Virus record (IMG/VR): IMGVR_UViG_3300044981_000078 | Coordinates: 1 to 64,000 of that record | DNA length: 64,000 bases | DNA from: a virus | Strand: one strand, 5' to 3' | Part shown: piece by piece, positions 35,903 to 45,695 of the stretch | Numbering within the stretch: the stretch's first letter is position 1 | Layout of the letters: each line of letters begins with the position of its first letter | Made by a program: the position numbers and the translations under genes | The notes under the pieces: generated by a model | What the model saw: only the letters and a program-made list of their open reading frames with translations | Told to the model about the DNA's origin: nothing | Database searches by the model: none

Positions 35903-36435
35903 TCGACAACACTCCGGAAAAGATAAAACAGTACTGGTTAGACCAAGCTCCGGAGTATGTCGAGGCCATTAGCGATCCAGTGTACCAGCAAGAACAGTTT
36001 TTACGAATTTCGCTTCGTCCGGATGACAATGTAAAGTGGCGGGAGAAGCTAGAATCATTAGACCCAGCGCATCCGAAGGCATCGGTTCCGGACTGGGTTC
36101 GGTGGGCGAAGCGTAAGAAGCAAGACTTTAGGTGTTTCATTCTCGGTTGGCACGAGAACGACTGGATGCTCAATAAGCAGTCAGGAGAGATTCAACAGGT
36201 CGGCATCCTTACACTAGATCACACCTTGGCGGCGCATCATGGTGGTCTAACTACTGATGCGAATACCAAAATGATCGCAGAGATCGCCAACCTGAAAAAG
36301 GGATGTAAGCTGAAAACATATGACGAGATGCGACAATTTCTTCATACAATTTATGAGCTTTATATCCCGGACCCGGTAGAGCTAATAGCAATTGAATCCA
36401 TGAGAATGAAAAATATTAAGAAGGTGAAACTGTAA
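35899..36435 (+). CDS. Hypothetical protein with degenerate HNH-like motif
   Basis: LTLDH..GGLT..N..N.KKG. Confidence 0.5.
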   Translation: MIDNTPEKIKQYWLDQAPEYVEAISDPVYQQEQFLRISLRPDDNVKWREKLESLDPAHPKASVPDWVRWAKRKKQDFRCFILGWHENDWMLNKQSGEIQQVGILTLDHTLAAHHGGLTTDANTKMIAEIANLKKGCKLKTYDEMRQFLHTIYELYIPDPVELIAIESMRMKNIKKVKL

Positions 36436-37154
36436 TGCTGATAATTGGCTTCGGGAATAAATCGCGCCACGGGAAAGACACCGCCGCAGAGGCAATTAAG
36501 AACTTCTACGACACTAAGAACACTTTGTTGTTGAAGCACGGTCAGGATAAGGCGGTCACTCGGATTGGAGTATTCAAATTTGCAACCGCGTTGTATCAGG
36601 AAGTTGCAGATTATATTAGGGCATACGGCGGTGCAGAAAAATTATTTTCTGACATTGGGAAAGGTGACGCGGCGGTACAGTTGCCAGTAGGTGCAGGAGC
36701 ATATATGGGAGCACTCCGAATACCAACTTGGGTAACGAAGGGTGACCCGACACCGATTGTTGGACTGACTGTTTCAGCGCCGTACGGTAAGCACCCCAAA
36801 TTGTTGCAATGGTGGGGCACAGAGTATCGACGTAAGAACTTCGGAGAAAATTATTGGGTAGATAAGCTATTTGAAAGTATTCCGAGTAACATAGACATCG
36901 CTCTTGTGAGTGACGTTCGATTCCAGAATGAGGCAGATTCAATAACTGAACGTGGCGGATACAATGTGAACGTGACCCGGCTATTGCCGGACGGCACACC
37001 ATATCGCTCACAAGATCGTCCGGCAGATCATTTGTCAGAGACCGCACTAGATTCGTATCCGTGGCAATTCAGACTATCAAATCATGAGGGACATCAAGCG
37101 CTGCTAGAAGAGCAGGCGATCACTCTGACAGAGTATTTACGGGGACTCAAGTGA
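36435..37154 (+). CDS. Deoxynucleoside monophosphate kinase
   Basis: GNKSRHGKDT, LLQWWGTE, SDVRFQNE, HLSE. Confidence 0.85.
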   Translation: MLIIGFGNKSRHGKDTAAEAIKNFYDTKNTLLLKHGQDKAVTRIGVFKFATALYQEVADYIRAYGGAEKLFSDIGKGDAAVQLPVGAGAYMGALRIPTWVTKGDPTPIVGLTVSAPYGKHPKLLQWWGTEYRRKNFGENYWVDKLFESIPSNIDIALVSDVRFQNEADSITERGGYNVNVTRLLPDGTPYRSQDRPADHLSETALDSYPWQFRLSNHEGHQALLEEQAITLTEYLRGLK

Positions 37155-37320
37155 CCAAACCCAGGAAGCAGAAAGATTATACACCGAAACCGAGCAAGAC
37201 CGGGATGATGACCTGTGAACTAGATCATCAGTGGATCGCAATCAATCAGAATCCAGAGCGTGTGTCGGTTCCGTGCCCGGTATGTGGCAACCAAACGTCA
37301 GTGAATAGATTGGAAAAACT

Positions 37321-37902
37321 ATGATCGATAGCAAGGGCAATGACGCAGTCAAGGCGTATATCGCTACGGTGACCGGCAAGAAGTTTTTTCTGTTGTCCCC
37401 GAAGCTAGAGGATATCGATATATACGATATCGCTCACTCCCTGGCGATGCAGTGCCGTTGGACCGGCCATACGAAGTTTCATTACTCGATTGCGCAGCAT
37501 AGTTATTATTGTAGTTTTATTGGTTCCGAGTTAGAAGCGTTCGACCGACTGATGCATGATGCGTCAGAAGCATATATTGGTGATTTAAATAGACCACTGA
37601 AGCATTATACTGAGGCAGGCATAGCATACCGACGCCAAGAGGCGGTGATTCAGAGAGCGATTGCAGAGAGATTTGGGTTCTCAATAATAGAACCTATGTC
37701 TGTGAAGATAGCGGACAACATGATGTTGTATGCAGAGAAAGACCAGATCATGAGTATCAGATTTGAAGCTAGTGACTATCAGGGCGGTACCAAGATTGAC
37801 ACAACCGCCGCCGATGTTACTATCGAGCGGTGGTCGCCAGAACAAGCAAAGCAAATGTTTTTAAATCGTTTCGAAGAGCTATATAAAAGGAGAATTAACT
37901 AA
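37321..37902 (+). CDS. HD-domain 5'-deoxynucleotidase-like protein (YfdR-like)
   Basis: IAHSLA..CRWTGH..YSIAQHS..MHDASEAYIGD. Confidence 0.85.
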   Translation: MIDSKGNDAVKAYIATVTGKKFFLLSPKLEDIDIYDIAHSLAMQCRWTGHTKFHYSIAQHSYYCSFIGSELEAFDRLMHDASEAYIGDLNRPLKHYTEAGIAYRRQEAVIQRAIAERFGFSIIEPMSVKIADNMMLYAEKDQIMSIRFEASDYQGGTKIDTTAADVTIERWSPEQAKQMFLNRFEELYKRRIN

Positions 37903-38878
37903 TGTCTGAGGTAATCAGCAACTATGTAACAATCACATGTGACGCCGCAGGATGCGATAAGAATGTCACGTTCCTGGGCACGGATGACGGCGGAAAGAAG
38001 GTAATTCAGGAGAACCCGTGGATGAATTCACTTCGCACCATTCAAACCATAGACGGCAGGAAGTTCATCTATTGTTCTGACGAGTGCGAGGCCAAGGGGG
38101 TAGGAGCCGGATCACACAATCAGAAGGTTATTGTGACCCCGCAGGCAAACTCAGTGGACCTCGCTGCGCAGGCGGCAGAACGAGCACGTCAAGCGACCGA
38201 GGCACTGAAGACCGGACACGGTAAGGTAGCGCTAAGCTAGTGTTTCTCGGACCAAACGGACCTAGCCTGATATCGGAAGAGTTTAATCAACTCTGCATAG
38301 ATACACATGTGGAGGTTACGGTTAGACCTCTTCCGAATCCAGGTAACCCGTATCAGGCAGTTCGTATGTTGGAGTTTAAGAGTTTCAGCGATCAAGTCAT
38401 ATTAGTGACTCAGAACGATCAGAAGAGAACAACGCACTATATCCCGGCGAGGGGCTCGATTCAGATGATACTGAATCCGGGTGAGCCTCTGCCAAACATA
38501 GAGAAGGTGTCCGATGGTGTTTAGTAGTTACTTTGTAGACTTCACAGCGTACATTGACGAACGGAAGAGACCTGAAAACTTTCCGCATGTAGTTCATGAT
38601 AAGCAGGTCTTAAAGGATGTCGAGAGTATTCCACATCTTCAATTCTTAGTGAATGAAAGATTCATTAAGCTGGTATCGGCTGCCGGGATAGTCGCAATGA
38701 AGGACGAAGACATAGTGGATGAGGGGGTAATCACTTTCGATAGACGAGTTTTTGTGCCGTGGCATATGATCACTCACATGAAGCTAGATGTGAATATCTT
38801 GCCTCCTCCGAAGTCAACTCAGGACTCGATGGTTCCCGGTCACATCATTCCAGGCGAGCCTCCGAAGGAGCTACTAAA

Positions 38879-39604
38879 TTGATTCTTTTGAGCTTGGACT
38901 TTGAGACCACAGGTCTTTCTGTTACGGATGATCGCGTAATCGAAGTTGGGGCCGTGCTTTATTCCACAAATCAACACAAGTGCTTGGACAGTTTAGGGGT
39001 GTTGGTTAAGACCGATAAACAGATTACACCAGAGATAACTGGGATTACGAATATACATCCGGCAGCAGTCGAGCGCTTTGGATACGACCCTGACGACATT
39101 CTTGATCTGCTTATCAATATGATAGCCAATGCCGATGCAATGATCGGCTATAACGTCAAAAGATTCGATAAACATGTATTCAATAATTGGGCTGAGCGTG
39201 CCGGACAGTCTCATGGAGCTAGTATATGGATCGATCTATTCCAAGACCTCCCGTGGACGGTGCCAACCGGTAAATTGAGCCATGTAGCGGCAGACCACGG
39301 CATACTAAACTTATTTCCTCACTCAGCTATGGCCGATGCGCAGACAGTGTTAGCGATAGCAAGTAAATACGATCCGGAAGAGCTATTACATCGGGCGCAG
39401 TCCCCTACTGTAGTACTTCAAGCACGCCAAGACCGTTCAAGTAATGACTTAGTTAAACGCAGTCCTTATAAATTTCGATGGTCTCCGTCAAACCGAATTT
39501 GGTGGCGACCTGCGAAGCAACAAGATGTAGAAGAGATAATTCAATCAGCTCCGTTTCCGATCACAATCGAGAAACAGTGGACGCCGGAGGAGCTAGATAA
39601 TTAA
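38879..39604 (+). CDS. DnaQ-like DEDDh exonuclease
   Basis: DFETTG, YNVKRFD, HSAMAD; TTG start behind AAGGAG. Confidence 0.85.
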   Translation: MILLSLDFETTGLSVTDDRVIEVGAVLYSTNQHKCLDSLGVLVKTDKQITPEITGITNIHPAAVERFGYDPDDILDLLINMIANADAMIGYNVKRFDKHVFNNWAERAGQSHGASIWIDLFQDLPWTVPTGKLSHVAADHGILNLFPHSAMADAQTVLAIASKYDPEELLHRAQSPTVVLQARQDRSSNDLVKRSPYKFRWSPSNRIWWRPAKQQDVEEIIQSAPFPITIEKQWTPEELDN

Positions 39605-39788
39605 TGGCATCAAAAACAAAAGGCTATCAAGTCCTGGCTAAACTTGAGGTGAGTATAGGTATAGAAATTCAAGCTACAAGTTTAGAAGAAGCAGTTCAAA
39701 AATCAGCGTCTCTAAAAGAAAACGACTTTATTACGATTGAGGGTGATTACTTAGATGGGAGTTTAGAAATAACAGGAGTCTACAAATC

Positions 39789-40301
39789 ATGAGCTTAGGC
39801 GGTGGAGATAAGCTGGCCCGTGGCGCATCTTCCGCGCAATTCGAGCCAGCCAATGTCAGTGAAGAGAAGTGGCTAGCAATTTTTGGAGAGGAGGGGGTTC
39901 GTAGGCTGAACGCGATGGACGAGAAGGATCGTCAGAAACTTATAGAGGAGGCCCAAGCCAAAGTAGCCGAAATAGAAGCCGAGGCCGAACTAGAGTCAGA
40001 CGTTGAGATCGAGTCGGTTCAGGATCGTATTTGGGTTATTAGATTGGAAGAGGAAGAAAAAGTCGGTGGTTTGTTTGTTCCTGACGAGGGAAAAGAAAAG
40101 CCCGCGAAAGGAATAGTTAAAGCAGTTGGGCCAGGTAAGTGGGTAAATGGAAACTTGCAGGTACCGTCAATCGCCATAGGTGATAAGGTGGTATTCGGCA
40201 AGTATTCGGGTGCTGAAGTCCAAGTAGGATTTGAACACTATTTAGTACTCCGAGAAGAAGATATTTTCGGAATAGAGAAAAAGAAAACTAAAAAAGGATA
40301 A
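39789..40301 (+). CDS. groES: GroES co-chaperonin with N-terminal extension
   Basis: DRIWV..GGLFVPD..KEKP..G.VKAVGPG..GDKVVFGKYSG..LREEDIFG. Confidence 0.85.
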   Translation: MSLGGGDKLARGASSAQFEPANVSEEKWLAIFGEEGVRRLNAMDEKDRQKLIEEAQAKVAEIEAEAELESDVEIESVQDRIWVIRLEEEEKVGGLFVPDEGKEKPAKGIVKAVGPGKWVNGNLQVPSIAIGDKVVFGKYSGAEVQVGFEHYLVLREEDIFGIEKKKTKKG

Positions 40302-40309
40302 AAACTAAA

Positions 40310-40885
40310 ATGCAGATACCAGCAGCTAAAGTATATGAAAAGCCAGAAGCAGGACCGCACTACGCAGTACTTATCGATGTGGTCGATCTAGGGATCATTA
40401 CAGCTACATTCAATGGACAGCCAAAGAGCTACCCGGCGCTCCGATTCATTTGGAGCCTAGCGACCGTGGGTAAGGACGGCAAGCCGTTGCAGGTTTGGAG
40501 CAAGAAGATCAACGCATCTAGCTGGCACGAGAAGGGAAACCTATACCAGACAGTTAAGCAGATTCTCGGTGTCCCTCCGCAGCCGACACTAGACCCGGAA
40601 TCACTGATCGGTCAGGTCCGTCAGGTCTTTGTAAGTCGAGAGAAGAGCCCCGACGGTCTCAAGGACTACGCAAATATCATCGGTATCGTTCCGGCACCGG
40701 CGGGATTTAATCTACCGATTCCAGCGGATTATGTCCGTGTGAAGTACCGCCCACAACAGACAGCAGGGCCTAATGGACAGCCTGTTCAGACCTATCAGGC
40801 TCCGCCGCCTCAACAGCAACCCCAGCAAACCCCACCATTCGCCCCACAGCCCGTACCCGGGCAAGGTGGAACAATTAAGTTCTAA
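40310..40885 (+). CDS. Probable ssDNA-binding protein
   Basis: OB-like VVDLG region; Q/P-rich tail ending in F; lies before the primase. Confidence 0.55.
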   Translation: MQIPAAKVYEKPEAGPHYAVLIDVVDLGIITATFNGQPKSYPALRFIWSLATVGKDGKPLQVWSKKINASSWHEKGNLYQTVKQILGVPPQPTLDPESLIGQVRQVFVSREKSPDGLKDYANIIGIVPAPAGFNLPIPADYVRVKYRPQQTAGPNGQPVQTYQAPPPQQQPQQTPPFAPQPVPGQGGTIKF

Positions 40886-40950
40886 GCTAACCGGAAAGCC
40901 GCGACTAGGCTTGGCAAGGCGGGAGAGACCGCCAACTTACGGAGCGCACA

Positions 40951-42993
40951 GTGGGACTGTTCAAAGAAATAGCGGAGCCTCTAGTTACACGCGGTGTGCC
41001 TGTAATGCCACTGCGCCCAAAAACTAAGATAGCTTTCTTTAACGATTGGCCTCGTGTAGCGACAACTAATTCAGAACAAATTCAAAAGTGGGATGAGGAA
41101 TTTCCAAACGCAAATGGCGCGTGCGTGGCCCATGCGCATCCTGATGGGGTGTGGTTTTTTGAGATAGACAAACCAGGATTCATTGATGAATTACAGGCCG
41201 AGACCGGACAAATACTTCCCGAAACTTTTATGGTACGGTCCAGCCCGGGCCGTGGCCATCTATATTTTCGCCATAACGCGTCTTCTATTTCTCTAGCCGA
41301 AAAAAGTAAAGTTATAAAAGCTGTTCAAGATAAGAAAGAGGTTTGGTCTGCTCGCTTAGATAACGCCTATGTGGTCGCGCCGGGGAGCTATCATCCTGTA
41401 TCCGGATTACGTTATGAAACCTTACGTGATGTAGATATAGCCATAGCGCCCGATTGGTTGATCGCGTGGTGTAAAAACCAGGCGACAGAAGACGAAAAAC
41501 TGTCTGTATCCTCCATAGATGGTCCAAAGATTCCACGGGGAGCGCACGATACTACTTTAACTCGTATTGCAGGAAAGCTTCGTCAAGATGGACTAGAAGA
41601 AGATTTTATCTACAATGCGATAGTTGAGGTGTGCGAAAAGAGATGTGAGGGCTACGGTTCTGACTATCGAGATATGTGCAAGAAGATTGCACACTCAATT
41701 TGTAAGTACCCAGTCAAGGAAGCCGCGCCAGTCATCATGGGCGGGGTCGTTCTAGGCCAGCCGCAGGTTCAACCAGTTCCGGAACCGGTAGACATCGCAG
41801 CGATCCCATACCCGATATTTCCCCGTTGGTGCATGAAAGGCACATCGGTGTATGATGGACTGATAGAGCCTATATGCAAGGCTAATAGTCGGTATCCTGA
41901 GTTTATGTTCATGCCTGCGGTCGCTCTGATATTGAACTATCTTGCGGGCAAGGTCCGAGTCGAGTATAAGAATCTCATCCCGAGCTTCTATATGGTGAGC
42001 ATCGGGCGCAAGGGTCTGGTTATTAAGTCAAGTTCGGTCAAAGATGTGGTAGAATACTTGAACCATGCTGGAATTGTTAACGACGCCGGTCCGCATACCA
42101 GAAATGCCGAGGGCAAGTCACTGATATTTACCCCGGGATCGTCAGAGGGTCTAGGCATGGAAATGTCTAGGACTAACTGCAAGAATGCGGTATTATTTTA
42201 CGACGAATTGAGTATCTTGACCAGCAAGGCGGGCATAGACGGAAGCTCACTGATCCCTAACCTACTTTTGATGTATGAGTCACAGAAGTTTTCGAATTCG
42301 GTGAAGTCACGTAAAGAGATTTATAACTTTGAGCCAAACTCATACTGCACGTCATTGATAGCTTGCACCACGGACAAGAACTTCCTGCAGAACTGGTCTA
42401 AGATGGCGGGCAATAGTTCCGGGCTGGACGAACGGTTCTTCTTTTTGTACCAGCCGGAGGTGTTGAAAGAGCCGACTCCATACATAGCGGTCGATACTAA
42501 AGACGCGGCGGTAGAGACCCGTAAGAGACTAGACAAGGCTATAAAACAGCAGTTGTATCGTATCACTGACTCTACTCCTCTAGAGATGAAGATCAGTAAG
42601 CTAGGAAACCGTACCGAGATTCGTGCAGAGAAGCTGGCGCTATATTTTGCGATAGACCTGGGACGAGACGAGATAGACGAGGAGTGTGTAGATCGAGCTA
42701 TCGCTATCTGCGAATATGAAATAGCGGTCAAGAAGTACTTGAAAGTGTTCGAGTCCGCGAGTCGGGAGTCGATGATTCAAAATGAAATGATTCAGGCTCT
42801 GCAGCGCAATCAAGGCAGGCTAGAGAAGCGAAAGTTCGAGAAGCTGGTCCACCCACTGCGTCACGGTTTGAGCGTATTCAACAAGTGCTACATGTCTCTA
42901 ATCGCGGCAGGATATATCGCAGAATACGGTAGCGGAGTCAAGGGTGATCCGCAGATGGTCATCTTGCTACGAAATGTTGAGGAGGATGAATGA
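40951..42993 (+). CDS. Bifunctional primase-polymerase N-terminal domain fused to an ATPase/helicase-like domain
   Basis: GRGHLYF, YVVAPGSYHP, PriCT-like segment; SSEGL, FYDELS, GLDERF. Confidence 0.8.
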   Translation: MGLFKEIAEPLVTRGVPVMPLRPKTKIAFFNDWPRVATTNSEQIQKWDEEFPNANGACVAHAHPDGVWFFEIDKPGFIDELQAETGQILPETFMVRSSPGRGHLYFRHNASSISLAEKSKVIKAVQDKKEVWSARLDNAYVVAPGSYHPVSGLRYETLRDVDIAIAPDWLIAWCKNQATEDEKLSVSSIDGPKIPRGAHDTTLTRIAGKLRQDGLEEDFIYNAIVEVCEKRCEGYGSDYRDMCKKIAHSICKYPVKEAAPVIMGGVVLGQPQVQPVPEPVDIAAIPYPIFPRWCMKGTSVYDGLIEPICKANSRYPEFMFMPAVALILNYLAGKVRVEYKNLIPSFYMVSIGRKGLVIKSSSVKDVVEYLNHAGIVNDAGPHTRNAEGKSLIFTPGSSEGLGMEMSRTNCKNAVLFYDELSILTSKAGIDGSSLIPNLLLMYESQKFSNSVKSRKEIYNFEPNSYCTSLIACTTDKNFLQNWSKMAGNSSGLDERFFFLYQPEVLKEPTPYIAVDTKDAAVETRKRLDKAIKQQLYRITDSTPLEMKISKLGNRTEIRAEKLALYFAIDLGRDEIDEECVDRAIAICEYEIAVKKYLKVFESASRESMIQNEMIQALQRNQGRLEKRKFEKLVHPLRHGLSVFNKCYMSLIAAGYIAEYGSGVKGDPQMVILLRNVEEDE

Positions 42994-43688
42994 AGGTTAT
43001 AGAGCCGAGCTTTGACATAGTCGATCCACTTAATCAGACCGAAGGCGTTCGGTTGCTTCAGAAGATCGAGCGAATGGCTAGAATTAGCCACCGATCCGAA
43101 GAGAAACAGACCACGGAGACCTGGGAAAAGTTTATTCGGGCTGTTGTAGTTGGACATGGAGATTATTCCGTAATTGAACACGCGTCGGCTACGGTGATAT
43201 TTCGGGTTGATCGTGGGATCACGCATGAGTTAGTCAGACACCGGCTGTTCAGTTTTACGCAGGAGTCTACTCGATTTGTTAAATATGGGGTTTCAACTAG
43301 TGTCGATGCTACACTAACTCAATATGGGCATGGTATGGAATTTATATGTCCCTCTGAGGTGTATAAACCAGATCGTAGTAGGTTTGCTACATTCGAGTGG
43401 GCGGTAACTGAGGCCGAGAAAAATTATATGGCAATGTTAGCTGATGGAGTTAGGCCACAAGAAGCGCGATCAATACTTCCTAATAGTTTGGCTGCAACAA
43501 TAGCGGTTACAGGAAATCTTAGAAATTGGCGTCACTTTTTCCTGATGCGCACATCTAAAGAAACACACCCGGACTTTCGTAGGGTGACAATACCATTGTT
43601 AGAACAGTTCCAGCAGTTGATCCCAATTTTGTACGAAGACATCGTGCCAAACGCACGACAAATTGATAATCTGAGGGCACCTAGATGA
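42990..43688 (+). CDS. thyX: Flavin-dependent thymidylate synthase
   Basis: HELVRHRLFSFTQESTRF; EARSILP; NLRNWRHF. Confidence 0.95.
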   Translation: MKVIEPSFDIVDPLNQTEGVRLLQKIERMARISHRSEEKQTTETWEKFIRAVVVGHGDYSVIEHASATVIFRVDRGITHELVRHRLFSFTQESTRFVKYGVSTSVDATLTQYGHGMEFICPSEVYKPDRSRFATFEWAVTEAEKNYMAMLADGVRPQEARSILPNSLAATIAVTGNLRNWRHFFLMRTSKETHPDFRRVTIPLLEQFQQLIPILYEDIVPNARQIDNLRAPR

Positions 43689-45325
43689 CCGAGATGTCGA
43701 AGTTCGCGCAAGCGATCATGGAGCAAAAGTACAGTCACACAAATAAAGAAGGGGAGATCGAATCGTGGGAGAATATAGCTTACAGAGTCAGTAAGAAGGT
43801 ACTGCAGGCGGTCAAGGCCCCACAGACGCAGATCGAGGAAACGAAGAAGATTATAGCGGAGCGGAAATTCTTACCTGGAGGCAGGTACCTCGCTGCGACA
43901 GGTCGTCTCTTCCATCAAGTGAACAACTGCTTTTTGTTCCGAGCAGAGGACTCCCGAGAGGGTTGGGCCGACTTAATGTATAAAGGAACCCTATCTCTTA
44001 TGACCGGAGGAGGCATCGGAGTTGATTATTCGGCTGTCCGTGAAAGAGGCCGACTAATTCGTAAGACAGGGGGCGAAGCAACCGGGCCAATTAGTCTCAT
44101 GTCAATGCTGAACGAATCGGGAAGATATATAATGCAAGGTGGCTCGCGGCGCTCAGCTATTTGGGCCGGATTGAACTGGTCGCATCCTGACATCCAGGAA
44201 TTTATTCGATTAAAGGACTGGCCCGCTGAAGTCAAAGCGCTGAAGGAAAAAGACTTCAATTTTCCGGCTGCGATGGACATGACCAACATTAGTGTTTTAT
44301 TGGACGATGAATTTTTCGAGGCATATCACGATGAAAAGCATGAACAGCATACTCTGGCGCATACGGTCTATTGGTCAACTGTCAGGCACATGCTTGAAAC
44401 TGGTGAGCCGGGATTCAGTATCGATACCGGGAAAAATAGTCGAGAGACACTACGTAACGCCTGCACTGAGGTCACGAGTGCCGACGATTCCGATGTCTGC
44501 AACCTTGGTTCCATTAACATGGCGAGAATTGAGTCTTTGGAGGAAATGGAAAAGACTGTGGAATTGGGCATTGCCTTTCTTTTGGCAGGTACCGTCTACT
44601 CAGATATTCCTTTTGCCGGGATCGATAAAGTTAGAAACAAAAATCGCCGTCTTGGACTCGGTCTCATGGGACTACATGAATGGTTGCTTCGTCATAATCG
44701 GAAGTACGGTCCGGACGAAAAACTAGGAATGTATTTGGAGATTTATGCGAAAGCCGATAAATACGTCAAGCCGTACGCGAAGAAGTGGGATGTGTCACAA
44801 CCGATCAAGACAAGAGCTATCGCGCCGAACGGAACCATCGGTATCGTTGCAGAAACTACAACAGGGGTCGAACCGATATTCTGTGCCGCTTACAAAAGAC
44901 GATATCTTAAGGGAAGTGTTTGGAATTTTCAATTCGTAGTTGATCCTACTGCGAAGAGATTGTTAGATTCAGGGGTACCGCTAGAGTTAATCGAGGACGC
45001 ATATGATTTGGCCAATGACGTTGAGCGACGTGTTAGCTTCCAGGCATGGGTACAACAGTACGTCGATCACTCCATATCAAGTACGATCAACTTGCCCCGG
45101 TGGGGATCAGAACTTAACAACGAAATGCGAGTGCGGGACTTTGGAAATATGCTCATCAGGTATCTACCTCGTTTACGCGGCATTACCGTATACCCCGATG
45201 GAGCAAGAGCAGGTCAGCCTTTGAATCCGGTGCCACTTGCTGAGGCGTTAGCGCAAGAGGGTCATGTGTTCGAAGAATCAGGAACTACTGTGTGTGATAT
45301 TACGAAGGGAGGAGTTTGTGGCTAA
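43685..45325 (+). CDS. nrdJ: Ribonucleotide reductase large subunit, probably class II
   Basis: NNCF, NACTE, CNLGSIN, IAPNGT, SISSTIN; no beta subunit nearby. Confidence 0.85.
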   Translation: MTEMSKFAQAIMEQKYSHTNKEGEIESWENIAYRVSKKVLQAVKAPQTQIEETKKIIAERKFLPGGRYLAATGRLFHQVNNCFLFRAEDSREGWADLMYKGTLSLMTGGGIGVDYSAVRERGRLIRKTGGEATGPISLMSMLNESGRYIMQGGSRRSAIWAGLNWSHPDIQEFIRLKDWPAEVKALKEKDFNFPAAMDMTNISVLLDDEFFEAYHDEKHEQHTLAHTVYWSTVRHMLETGEPGFSIDTGKNSRETLRNACTEVTSADDSDVCNLGSINMARIESLEEMEKTVELGIAFLLAGTVYSDIPFAGIDKVRNKNRRLGLGLMGLHEWLLRHNRKYGPDEKLGMYLEIYAKADKYVKPYAKKWDVSQPIKTRAIAPNGTIGIVAETTTGVEPIFCAAYKRRYLKGSVWNFQFVVDPTAKRLLDSGVPLELIEDAYDLANDVERRVSFQAWVQQYVDHSISSTINLPRWGSELNNEMRVRDFGNMLIRYLPRLRGITVYPDGARAGQPLNPVPLAEALAQEGHVFEESGTTVCDITKGGVCG

Positions 45326-45695
45326 AGTTAGTATTGACGCAGCATCAGTTTTAAACGAGCTTGCGAAACAAGTTCATGCGGCAAATAAAAAATGGTGGAC
45401 AAATCCGGCTACAAATGAGCCAATCCAGCGCAATCGCGCAGAGATGCTGATGTTAATCGTTAGTGAAATTGCTGAAGCCATGGAGGGCGAGCGTAAAAAT
45501 TTGATGGATGATAAATTGCCGCATCGCCCCATGGCTGAGGTTGAGTTAGCTGACGCCATAATTCGAATTTTAGATTACGCCAATGGCCTCGGCTATGATA
45601 TTGGCGGGGCTTATGTCGAAAAGATGAAGTATAACGCAATTCGTAAGGATCATACGGCTGAAGAGCGTCTTAAGGAAAACGGAAAGAAATTCTAA
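45318..45695 (+). CDS. MazG-like NTP pyrophosphatase
   Basis: SEIAEAMEG..ELADAIIRILD..EKMKYN. Confidence 0.8.
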   Translation: MAKVSIDAASVLNELAKQVHAANKKWWTNPATNEPIQRNRAEMLMLIVSEIAEAMEGERKNLMDDKLPHRPMAEVELADAIIRILDYANGLGYDIGGAYVEKMKYNAIRKDHTAEERLKENGKKF

